Origin: Octopus bimaculoides
Lineage: Eukaryota
Reading direction: 5' to 3'
Length of the DNA stretch: 64,000 nucleotides
Assembly: GCF_001194135.2 (NCBI RefSeq)
Contig: NC_068988.1
Coordinates: 95,477,006-95,541,005, forward strand
Numbering within the stretch: position 1 is the stretch's first letter; the number at the start of each line of letters is the position of its first letter. Under the pieces are notes generated by a model. That model made no database searches. It worked only from the letters and a program-made list of their open reading frames with translations, and was not told the DNA's origin. The position numbers and the translations under genes were made by a program. This document shows, one piece after another, positions 1 to 10,020 of the stretch.

Positions 1-45
<45 letters not shown>

Positions 46-1156
46 GCTCAATGCTTCTTTCCCTCCCGTGTGTACCTGAATCCGCAAAAAGCCAACAAAT
101 ATATATATATACACATATATATGAAAAGAGCAAATATATACAAACACACACACATATATATGAAAAGAACAAATATATACACACACACGCACATATATAT
201 ATATATATACATATACTCAGATGCACATATACATATAATAATATGAACACACACACACACACACATGCGTGCACACACACGTCACAGCTACACCCTATAG
301 ATGCTGCTGTAGGTTGCAGAGGTATTTATCTAACAGCTTTGTGATTTTCTTTGATAATGTACACAGATATAATGTCGTCAATCCTTCATCGTTTGAATCA
401 TTCAATCGTTTTTATGACTGCCCCTAACAAACACCTCTCTCTCTCTCTCTCTCTCCTTCTCTCGCTCTCTCTCTCTCTCTCTCTGACCGCACTTTCACCG
501 CTTGCCTTTTTCTTTTCTGCCTCTTCTTTTCTCTTTCTTTCTTTCCTGGCGGCCGTTTTTATGAGTCTTTGTCATAGTGTCGTCGTACGATGCCGAGCCC
601 TTACTGACAAACACTTTCATAATCCATAAATGAATAATTAAAAGACCGTCTTTCAAACTAATGGAACTAACATTGAGCAATTATAGACGATTAAATCATA
701 TTGATAATAAAAATTATCCGCGAATTCCAGGTTAACAAGTCCGATTGCTTCGGTTTTCTTTTTTTTTTTTTTTTTTTTTTTTGTTCTTGTCACAAATAAA
801 CGATGAAACAAGTTGATCAGAGACAATAATTTGTCAAACATAAAAATAACAATAAAAAAACAAAAATTTAGATGTATTTTTTTTTCTTTTTTAACCTAAA
901 ACATTGACATTAACCAAGCAGAACCTATCGATTTCTAGCATCACAAAACCACAAATTTCTATTAAAAAAAAATTTTTTAATAAAAAACTTCAGGGTAGAA
1001 TTTATATTTAAATCGATTAAAAGTATTTGAAATGATTACAACCTATTGCATTGTCGTCCTCAATTATGAACGATAAAGATGGTTGATTGCAGGACTTGAA
1101 CCATAGACTGTCTAAGGACAAAGTTTAATTACAATAAGGTAATTTGATTTCTGTAA

Positions 1157-1347
1157 GGACGGCAAGCTAACAGAATCATCGGCGCGTCGGACAAAATGCT
1201 TAGCGACATTACTTCAGGCTCTTTGTGTTCTGAGTTCAAATGCTTCCGAGGTCGACTTTGCTTCGGGGTTGGTAAAATAAAGTCCCCATAAATTACTGAG
1301 TTCAATGTAATTGCCTTGCCTCTCCCCTCAGAATTTTTGGCCTTGGT
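1157..1347 (+). mobile_element. SINE family B copy (diverged)
   Basis: Matches other in-window copies: GGCAAGCTAACAGAATC head, B-box-like GAGTTCAAAT, CCGAGGTCGACTTTGC core and the ATTTTTGGCCTTG tail. Confidence 0.8.
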
Positions 1348-1445
1348 CCCCTGCAACGGTCCAGCGTCTCGGTCACTTGTATGATGTCATGGCAACCGGG
1401 TGACCGATCTTAGGAATCTTAGGACTCAAAAAATATTTTTAATTA

Positions 1446-1596
1446 GGTACTGGCATGGCCGGGTGGTCTGAAACTTGCTTCCCAACTACATGATTCCGGG
1501 TTCAGATACCTTGTGCAGATGTCTTCTGCTATAGCCTCGAGCCGACCACAACCCTGTGAGTGGATTAGGTAGGCGGAAACTAAAGGAAGCCCGTCG

Positions 1597-1660
<64 letters not shown>

Positions 1661-1835
1661 GCTCTTCCACTATCGCTTGACAACCAGTGTTGGTGTGTTT
1701 ACACCTCCATAATTTTGCGGTTCGGCAAAAAAGAACATGTTTAAAAAAATAGTGGTATCGATTCATCCAAACTAAAAGTTCTTCAAGGCGGTGCTCCAGC
1801 ATGGCCGCAGTCCAATGACTGAAACAAGTAAAAGA
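1446..1835 (+). mobile_element. SINE family A, full length, with internal (TA)n(TG)n
   Basis: tRNA-like head (CTTGCTTCCCAACTACATG..GGGTTCAG), GTGAGTGGAT..GAAGCCCGTCG block, microsatellite at about 1597-1659, 3' module ending GCATGGCCGCAGTCCAATGACTGAAACAAGTAAAAG. Confidence 0.9.
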
Positions 1836-2586
1836 TAATAGATAATAGATAAGGGGTTCAATTACTCGAAGATATTCTGTCGACAATTTTTGCGTGGATA
1901 CGAACACACATCGTTAGGTTTGGAAAATATTTAGAAAGTTCATTTAAATTTTTAAATATGCAAATTTATGATTTGATATTTTGATTTAACGTAGAACAAA
2001 TAACCTCCATCTGAGGAAAGTTCGAGAAAACACCGCAAAGATATGTTTTGAATAACAAAGAAAAGGCTGAAAATCCTGGGAAACTAATATCTGAGCGAAC
2101 AAAACAAACCCCAAAACAGACGTGGATTTCTCTGCCATTGTTTTTAAATGTTCGCTTTACAATCATTATGTGTTTACTAAAATCTATGGATTTCTTATTT
2201 TGAAATCTCTTTAAAATGTAAAACCACTTTTTGTAAAGTAATCCCTTCGAATGCGTCCTTAATAAAGCATGTATTGTGAGGAGGTCGCGCTAGCGACCGG
2301 CATAGCTGTGAATTCTAGCGGCCGATCTATCGGTCGATCGAACGGTGGACACTAACAGGCAAGTATCTAACGTATTATTTATTCACCACTAAAATAGATA
2401 AATAAATAGAGAAACAAATAAGTAAATAAATAAATAAAATAATATAAATGGAGCATTATTTATTTAGAGGATTGTGTAACTTAATACTACTTCAATGAAG
2501 TCATTCACTTCATTTTCTTTCCACTAATCTCACTTTCATTGAACATGTTTGGTTTATATACACGGTCCCTCTCTCTCTCTCTCTCT

Positions 2587-2630
<44 letters not shown>

Positions 2631-2731
2631 TTTGTGACATACGTGTTCTCACAGATAGATGTACGTGTATGTATGTGATTCTATGCATACGTGTTGGCAT
2701 ATTTGCGTATATATTTATGTGCGCGTGTGTG

Positions 2732-2774
<43 letters not shown>

Positions 2775-3876
2775 CATGTGTCAGTGTATGTATAAATATC
2801 ACCCACATATACGTACTTAGCTTGTCGTTCACTTATGAATCAGCGCCACCACGATTAAATATACAAAAGACACGAATACACACAAAAAAAGAAGAAAAAG
2901 TAAAACAAATAGAAATAAAAATAAAGATATAAAATGAGAAGAAAGAATGAATGAAGCAAAAACAAATGCAACATAAAAAAGCAGAGGTTGATATGGACAA
3001 AAAAAAAAGCAACAAAAATGAGCGTCGGAGTGTTATTGTGAAAAAGAGCAATATTTACTTAGAACGTGAAGGAGTGATGACAATTCAGTGGTAATGTTAG
3101 TTGAAACCATTGTTAATCCATGAACTAACAAAACGACTAGTTCTGGCCTCTATCAAACACAAAAACGCCATTATCACACATACTATATTAATAATTGCTA
3201 CTTGATAATACTCCTTATTATAATAGAAATATTATAGATTTAAAACAGATTATGTGAGTGACGGAGTGTGGCGGCGGCGGCGGTTTCTGGCTTAGCTTTG
3301 TTTGGCTTTTATTTGCGGCCCATTTTTTTTGTTGTTGTAGGAGGGGGGGGGTTCTTAAGTTTCTTTCGTCATTTCTTGTTGGATTTTTGTTACTTTTTTA
3401 TATTGTTTTCTTGTCTTTATCGGTTTCATTGTTGTTGTTGTTATTGTTAAAAAGCTGTGGGTAATTTTGTTGTTGTTCCTATTTCATTCAAACTAATTCT
3501 TTCCCTCGAAGAACCGTTTTCCATTACAGAAAAAAGCGTTCAACAAGTAAAAAAAAGACAAATATGAACAAAATATTAACAAAACGATATTTCAATATAT
3601 AACATANNNNNNNNNNCAAAATAAATCCTTCGTGATTTTATTGCATAAAAAGAAGTTTAAGAAATCATTTTTCCTGTTCCTTATGTTTAATTTTTGTTTG
3701 TTGTTATTGTTAAAAAGCTGTGGGTAATTTTGTTGTTGTTCCTATTTCATTCAAACTAATTCTTTCCCTCGAAGAACCGTTTTCCATTACAGAAAAAAGC
3801 GTTCAACAAGTAAAAAAAAGACAAATATGAACAAAATATTAACAAAACGATATTTCAATATATAACATACATAAAG

Positions 3877-4099
3877 GGCGGCGGTGAGCTGGCAGAATCG
3901 TTAGGACGCCGGGCGAAATGCTTCACGGTATTTCGTCTGCCGTGACGTTCTGAGTTCAAATCACGCCGAGGTCGACTTTGCCTTTCATCCTCTCGGGGTT
4001 GATTAAATAAGTACAAGTTACGATGTGATCGACTTAATCCCTTAGTCTGTCCTTGTTTGTCCCCTATGTTTAGCCCCCTGTGGGCAATGAAGAAATAAA
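3877..4099 (+). mobile_element. SINE family B copy (tail variant ending GTCCCC..GAAGAAATAA)
   Basis: A-box-like TGGCAGAATCG, hairpin GGGCGAAATGC/GTATTTCGTCT, GAGTTCAAAT; closely matches 55385-55602; flanked by the direct repeat AATATATAACATA. Confidence 0.9.
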
Positions 4100-4111
4100 T
4101 ATATAACATAA

Positions 4112-4313
4112 AGCGGCGCTGGCAGAGTCGTTAGCACTCCGGGAAGAATGCTTAGCAGTATTCTGTCCGTTCTGAGGTCGAATTCTGCAAAGATCGACTT
4201 CGCCTTCCATCATCCTTTCGGCGTTGATAAAATATGTACCAGTCAATCTATGGAGTCGAGGTAATCGACTTGACCCCGAACTTGCTGGCCTTGTGCTCAA
4301 ATTTGAAACCAAT
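4112..4313 (+). mobile_element. SINE family B copy (tail variant ending GGCCTTGTGC..TTTGAAACC)
   Basis: Same head and core as the adjacent copy; different 3' tail, shared with 15693-15908 and 54474-54706. Confidence 0.85.
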
Positions 4314-4320
4314 ATATAAC

Positions 4321-4512
4321 GTGTTTGCCCCTCCACCACCGCTTGACCACTGGTGTTGATGTATTTACATCTTCGTTTCGGCAAAAGAGACGGATAAAAT
4401 AAGTATCAGGCTTAAAAACAAATAAGTACTAAGGTCGATTGGTTGGACTAAAATTCCTCAAGGCAGTGCTCCAGCATGGGCGCAGTCTAATGACGGAACC
4501 AAGTGAAGCTAA
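4321..4512 (+). mobile_element. SINE family A 3' module only
   Basis: GTGTTTGCCCC..CGCTTGAC..TTCGGCAAAAGAGAC..AATAAGTA..GGCAGTGCTCCAGCATGG..CAGTCTAATGAC matches the 3' half of full A copies. Confidence 0.85.
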
Positions 4513-4568
4513 AATATATATACGAACAAATGCGTGCACACATAAATATACAGCAATCCATCGCCATA

Positions 4569-4761
4569 TCGATGTTATTATTATTATTAATTCAAGGCAC
4601 TGACTGGAATTGAACTCGCAATCTTAGGGTAAGTAGTCCGCGCTCTTAACCATTACGCTATATGCCCATGGCAATTATGAAGGCAATTCTTGCTTAATAG
4701 TTAAGAGCGCGGGCTACTAACCCCAAGATTGCGAGTTCAATTCCAAGCAGTGCCTTGAATA
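4569..4761. mobile_element. Head-to-head inverted pair of tRNA-derived SINE heads (4569-4667 minus, 4682-4761 plus)
   Basis: The reverse complement of the left arm (GGGCATATAGCGTAATGGTTAAGAGCGCGGACTACTTACCCTAAGATTGCGAGTTCAATTCCAGTCAGTGCCTTGAAT-TAATAATAA) matches the right arm (TAATAGTTAAGAGCGCGGGCTACTAACCCCAAGATTGCGAGTTCAATTCCAAGCAGTGCCTTGAAT). A-box-like and B-box-like motifs are present. Confidence 0.85.
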
Positions 4762-5864
4762 AATGTGTACTCTCCACTTAACAATATTGCAGAAGCACTG
4801 ACCCTAATTATCTTTTTAATTAATGAAACGGTTTAATAAGAAACAAAATACTGTCATTATTAGCACCACCGACTCACTGATGACCGGATTTCAGACAAGC
4901 TAGTGCCATGGTACCACATTCCGACAATAACAGATCTTATTCCCTTCCAAGTGTTATTTTAAAAGCAATTAGAAAAGCATGAAGGTTCTGTTTCTTTCCT
5001 TCGGCATATGAAAAATACATGGCGATTTAAATCCACCAGAAATATAATAATGAATGTTAAAGAGTGAAATGGTTGGGGTTGGGCATTGAAATATAAAGTT
5101 TTCTGCAATGATATCATATCATGGGAGAAAGCGTTGAGCAGAGGCGGTGAACGATTTGTGGTTATGAGTTGAGTATTCGAATGTGAGAGCAATAACACAC
5201 ACACACACACTGTTATATTTGCCTCGCTATACAGGCGAGAAACTCAGTTTAGTGAAGTGAAAGAAATTCTATGGTTATAACAGTGGATGTGATTAAAGAC
5301 AATTTCCGGTGAAATTAAATCCAAAAACAAAATGTTCCATGTCAGTGGGTTGCTTCTTAACTGGAAGACGGATTAAAAGATTGAAAAATTACCTGACGGC
5401 CAGAAACAGGAGCTTGTTGTTGTTGTCGTCGTTGTTGCTGTTTCTCTCTCTCTCTCTCCTTTCTTTTCTCTTCTTTTTCGCTTTCTTTCTCTTTACTCTT
5501 CCATCCTTCCCCCCTCCCCTCGATTCTTTCTAATTGGGATTCGATTTTTTCATCCGTAAAAAGATTAAAACTTGTATTTTCTTTACTATTTTTTGTCTTC
5601 GTGATGTTTTCTTGCTTTATTCCCCTACCCCCCTCCCCAGTTATTTCCCTGAAATATTTCTAATATCCTCCCTCAATGCATAACTTTTATTCGTTCTTTC
5701 TTTTTTCCTTTTCTTTCTTATTTATTTCCAATACAAATTATTGCAGAATCTTTGATGTGGTTCTTTCTCCTATCTTTGGTAAATTATTTGCGAAAGGATT
5801 TTTTTTTTTTCAGAAGTGAAGCAATTAAAAACATCGAAAGCCTCATTATTACATATCGGATTCC

Positions 5865-6035
5865 AAGGGCAGTGATTAACAAATCGGTTGAGCACCAGAC
5901 GAAACGTCATGTGCTAATTGAGTGGCGTCGTTTTATGTCTTCAGTTCAAATCTTTCCGAAACAAACTTTTATCATACTTCAGAAACTGAAAAAAGATAAA
6001 TACCAGTTAAATACTGGGGTCGTTCTAATCGTTCA
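5865..6035 (+). mobile_element. SINE family B, old degenerate copy
   Basis: Residual CAGTTCAAAT, AAATACCAGTT and ACTGGGGTCG motifs in the expected order. Confidence 0.55.
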
Positions 6036-6280
6036 TATTTTACTTGTTGGAAAATATGTGATCTTGTTATAAATCAATATCATTTATTAGAATATAATGT
6101 CAGCTGTTGCTAGAATATGTTGTGTGCTGGACAAAAGACTTTACCGTATTTGATATTTTAGGACCCAGGTTCAAATCCAACGAAGTTCGACTATCTTTCT
6201 TTCAGCTTTAATAAAATGATTGCAAGTTGTTATTTTCGTTGCTGTTGTTGTTGTTGGTGGTGGTGGTGGTGGCGTTGTTA

Positions 6281-6460
6281 TTTAGCCCCAGGCGTGCGCA
6301 AGAAAGCATTTATAATCAAAAACATTCCAGCGATTATCCTCCTGTCTTTTTAGGAAACAGCAGGACTACATCGATTGTTCTTTTTTCAAGAAGGTAAAGT
6401 GTAATGTGAGAGAGATTTGGCTTCTATTTCCAGGAAGTCAAACAACCACGAGCGTCCTCC
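6281..6460 (+). mobile_element. Interspersed repeat family D (unclassified)
   Basis: GTGTAATGTGAGAGAGATTTGGCTTCTATTTCCAGGAAGTC resembles GTATGATTTGAGAAAGATTTGGCTGGTGTTTCTTGCAGGTC at 54016-54175. Confidence 0.55.
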
Positions 6461-6671
6461 CTTGTTGGGTCGTGTAATTTACCAGTTACGTACTGGGGGC
6501 GATGTATTCTCCCCAAATTGGTGATTTTCTACCAACTTAGGAGACACTATAATATCAAAATGTAGTTAGATTTGCAAAGCAACAATTGAATTACGCAATA
6601 AACGGAAACAGTAACCTGGGTTCGATTCGCAGTTCAATCTATTTCATATTATGTTTATGGTGTTATATATT

Positions 6672-6785
6672 CTTTTCATCTCTAGGCACACGGCCTGAAA
6701 TTTTGGGGGGAGGGAGCCAGTCGATTAGATCGACCCAGTGAGCAACTGGTACTTAATTTATCAACCCCGAAAGGATGAAAGGTAA
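6672..6785 (-). mobile_element. SINE family B 3' half
   Basis: Reverse complement gives CCTTTCATCCTTTCGGGGTTGATAAATTAAGTACCAG..GGGTCGATCTAATCGACTGG..AATTTCAGGCCGTGTGCCTAG. Confidence 0.85.
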
Positions 6786-7235
6786 ATACAGAACCCCAGC
6801 GATGTTGCACAACTACAGCAGGAGTTGGACTCAATTTACAGATGAGCTGAGGATAATAATATGCAGTTTAATGCTGAAAAATTCCAAGCCCTGCGCTACC
6901 AGACTCCAAAACTGAATATGAAACTTACAGGGATGGGTGGATCCTGAGAACATTCAAAGGACATTCGTCCTCAGCCGCCTGGCTTACTGCTCACAGCTAT
7001 GGTCACCCACCAGTGTGAATTTAACAGCGAACCTTGAAGCAATCCAGAGACGATTCACAAAGAAGATCGTCTCTTTGCAACTGCTCACGCCAAGAGGTGC
7101 AAATGAGGGTACCTACATCAAACTCCATTCTTCACCAAGTGCCACATATTGGAGGAGGCTCTCAGTAATAACAGTGTAGCAAAACGGCGGTGCATCAGCA
7201 TGGCCGCAGCTCTTAGCTGAAACTACAGAAAAAAT
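6786..7235 (+). mobile_element. CR1-clade (CR1/L2/Crack-type) LINE remnant: RT C-terminus plus 3' end, internally deleted
   Basis: Translates to LQQELDSIYR*AEDNNMQFNAEKFQALRY, then GWILRTFK, then TFVLSRLAYCSQLWSP..LEAIQRRFTKKI. These are typical post-RT motifs of CR1-group ORF2, here with stops and frameshifts. Confidence 0.85.
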
Positions 7236-7268
7236 ATATATATATATATATATATATAATAAATATAT

Positions 7269-7632
7269 AGGCGTGGCTGTGCGGCAAAAAGTTTGCTTCC
7301 CAATCACATGGTTCTGGGTTCAGTCCGACTGCGTGGCACCTTGGACAAGTGTCTTCTACTATAGCCTCGGGCCAACCAAAGACTTATGAGTGGATTTGGT
7401 AGACGGAAACTGAAAGAAGCCCGTCGTATATGTGTGTGTCTTTGTGCTTGTCCCCCACCGTCTCCTGGGAACCGCTGTTGATGTGTTTACGTCTCCGAAG
7501 CATTAGCTGTTCGGCAAAATAAGCCAATAGAATAAGTACTAAACTTACAAAGGATAAGTTTTGGGTTCGATTTGTTCGACTAAAAGTCTGGTCTCCAGCA
7601 TGGCCGCAGTCAAATGATTGAAACAAGTAAGA
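7269..7632 (+). mobile_element. SINE family A, full length (short internal microsatellite)
   Basis: TGGCTGTGCGG A-box-like, GGTTCAGTCC B-box-like, GGCACCTTGGACAAGTGTCTT block and a complete 3' module. Confidence 0.92.
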
Positions 7633-7646
7633 TTATAAAAAAATAA

Positions 7647-7826
7647 ATGTACATATGTAGATGTATATATATGTATATATATGAAGATGAATATATGTAT
7701 ATATCTATATAATATGTGTGTATTTAAATATATATATATATATATATATATTTAAATACACACACATTATATAGATACATATATTCATCTTCATAAATAC
7801 ATATCTATACATCTACATATGTACAT
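7647..7826. repeat. About 180-bp near-perfect palindrome centred on (TA)n
   Basis: Left arm ATGTACATATGTAGATGTAT..ATGAAGATGAATATATGTAT..GTGTGTATTTAAATA is the reverse complement of right arm TATTTAAATACACAC..ATACATATATTCATCTTCAT..ATACATCTACATATGTACAT. Confidence 0.9.
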
Positions 7827-7919
7827 ATTATATATACATATCTTTACACACACACATATATCTCCATATATATATATATATACGTATATATATACGTCTT
7901 TCTCACTCTCTCACCCCCG

Positions 7920-8076
7920 TCTCTCTCTCTCATACACAAACACACACACTCACACACCCTCCTTCCCTCTCTCTCTCTCTCTCTCTCTTTATTTCTCTCT
8001 TTCTCTCTCCCTCCCTCACTCAGTCACACACACACACACACACAGAGGAACCCATCTTGTCTTGCAATAATCGCTC

Positions 8077-8117
<41 letters not shown>

Positions 8118-8298
8118 CTGTCTTACTCTCTTCTCCTTTCTCGCCTCCCTCTCTCCCTCCCCTCTCTCTCTCCTTCTCTCTTTCTCTCCTCCTCTCTCTC
8201 CTCCCATTCTCTCTCTCTTTCTCTCTTACTCTCCTCTCTCCCCTCACTTACTCTCTCTCTCTCTCTCTCTCTCTCCTCACTTACTCTCTCTCTCTCTC

Positions 8299-8368
<70 letters not shown>
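7920..8368 (+). repeat. Long imperfect (CT)n / pyrimidine tract
   Basis: Visible directly; it generates the spurious SLSL/RERE ORFs. Confidence 0.95.
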
Positions 8369-8369
<1 letters not shown>

Positions 8370-8722
8370 CTCATACATTCATTAAACATGCATAGTTTTA
8401 TAGATTTATTGCAAAAGACTTTTGCACGGTTTCAGTTGCATCTTTTCTCGCTTCACTTCCCAACAAATTATATCGCTTTTTTAATATTGATTCTTTTTTT
8501 TTTCGGAAAGATTTCACCTCAGTTTTACACAGGAAGAGACAGAGGATGTCATGCTGTCACGGTGCTGAGCAGCGTTTTGCAGAGTGCATCAACGATAGAG
8601 GCGAATAGATAAGGGCGGCGGAGGAGGAGGAAGGGGCCGTTATTATACGAGCGAGGGGACGAAAACAGGATCGATATAGATGCGCACATATATATATACA
8701 TACATGCATATATATCTGTGTG

Positions 8723-8764
<42 letters not shown>

Positions 8765-8816
8765 CGTATATGAACGCATATGCATATGTGTAAATGTTTG
8801 TGTGTTTCTGTTCATA

Positions 8817-8980
8817 GGCGCGGGAGTGGCTGTGTGGTAAGAATCTTGCTTCCCAACCACATGGTTCCGGGTTCGATCTCATTGCGTGGTTCCTTGGGCA
8901 GATGTTTTCTACTATAGCCTCGGGCCGACGAAAGGCATGAGAGTGGATTTGGTAGACGGAAACTGAAAGAAGCCCGTCAT
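8817..8980 (+). mobile_element. SINE family A 5' module only, ending at (TA)n
   Basis: GGCGCGGGAGTGGCTGTGTGG..GGGTTCGATC..CCTTGGGCAG..GAAAGAAGCCCGTC followed by a TA microsatellite; no 3' module follows. Confidence 0.9.
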
Positions 8981-9029
8981 GTAAATATATATATATAAAT
9001 AATATATATATATATGCATATATACATGC

Positions 9030-9063
<34 letters not shown>

Positions 9064-9064
9064 G

Positions 9065-9275
9065 TTGGTACAGGACGTCACCGACAGTAAACAACATGAA
9101 ATACGAAAGCAAATGAGTTCAATACGCAAACAACGAGACAGTTCTTTGAAGACTGTCTTAAGGGCAGCACGTATCCTATCTCTTTCTTCTATCTTTTCTC
9201 TTTTCAACGAAAATATTTCTCCAGCATTCGCTATTGTACTCCCGTTCTGGTCTAACGACCCTCTATCAGACGTCA
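9065..9275 (-). mobile_element. Probable Penelope-like element fragment with a decayed hammerhead-like motif
   Basis: The minus strand has CTGATAGAG-GGTC-GTTA-GACC-AGAACG. The remainder resembles an octopus repeat I recall; there is only one copy here, so the classification is tentative. Confidence 0.35.
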
Positions 9276-9897
9276 GATAACTTTTGGCTGCCGATCATTG
9301 ACGAACAGATATCCCCGATAAGCGGTAGTAGTAGTAGTAGTAGTAGTAGTAGCTGTTGTTGTTGTTGTAGCTGCAGTAACTAGACAGTATCGTGTCATGA
9401 CTACAGCTACCTTCACTGATAATCGCTCCTTGAGGACAAGGCGGAGATAAATAACGAAGCATCATCCATCAAACCACGTGAACTACAGTGAAGGTGCGGA
9501 GGGACACGGGGATGACGTAAACACACACACACAATATATGTATATATTTATGTATACGCGTGTGTGTGTGTGTGTGTGTTCTTTTCCCCTGTCGTACAAG
9601 AAGTGCGTGGTCATTGTTGCAAACAAGAAAGTTGGAGAAAATGATGCAAAGATGTGTCTCAAGCAATCAATCAGACCTCACAGGACCCAACATATTTGAC
9701 ATTAATAAATCAAACAGCTTTTATAATTGTTCGATTGTGAGGCTGTTCTCACATAATGATCACCAGTTTTCTATATCTACATATTGCGATACGCCACCAC
9801 CACCACCACCATCATCGATGTCATACTGTAATAGTAGCTGTCTCACTATATTTAATATTTGGCGCTACAATAACTGAGTAAAGGGAATGAGCAAAGC

Positions 9898-9990
9898 AAC
9901 GTTCTGAGTTCAAATCCAGCCGAGGTTCACTTTGTCTGTCACCCTTTCGGGATCGATAAAATAAAGTACAAGTCAAGTACTCGACTTGAT
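9898..9990 (+). mobile_element. SINE family B internal fragment
   Basis: GTTCTGAGTTCAAATCCAGCCGAGGTT..CCCTTTCGGGATCGATAAAATAAAGTAC. Confidence 0.8.
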
Positions 9991-10020
9991 CTTATCAAAT
10001 ACTCCTTCTATTCATAAAGT

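Noticed and set aside
4682-4761. Functional tRNA gene (anticodon ACT)
   Set aside because: Acceptor and anticodon stems pair poorly, Ser-ACT is not a normal eukaryotic isoacceptor, and it occurs as an inverted pair running into a TAA tail; better explained as a SINE head.
9600-9699. GTPase G4-like VVIVANK
   Set aside because: Lacks the NKxD aspartate and any other G-motif; no convincing donor site.
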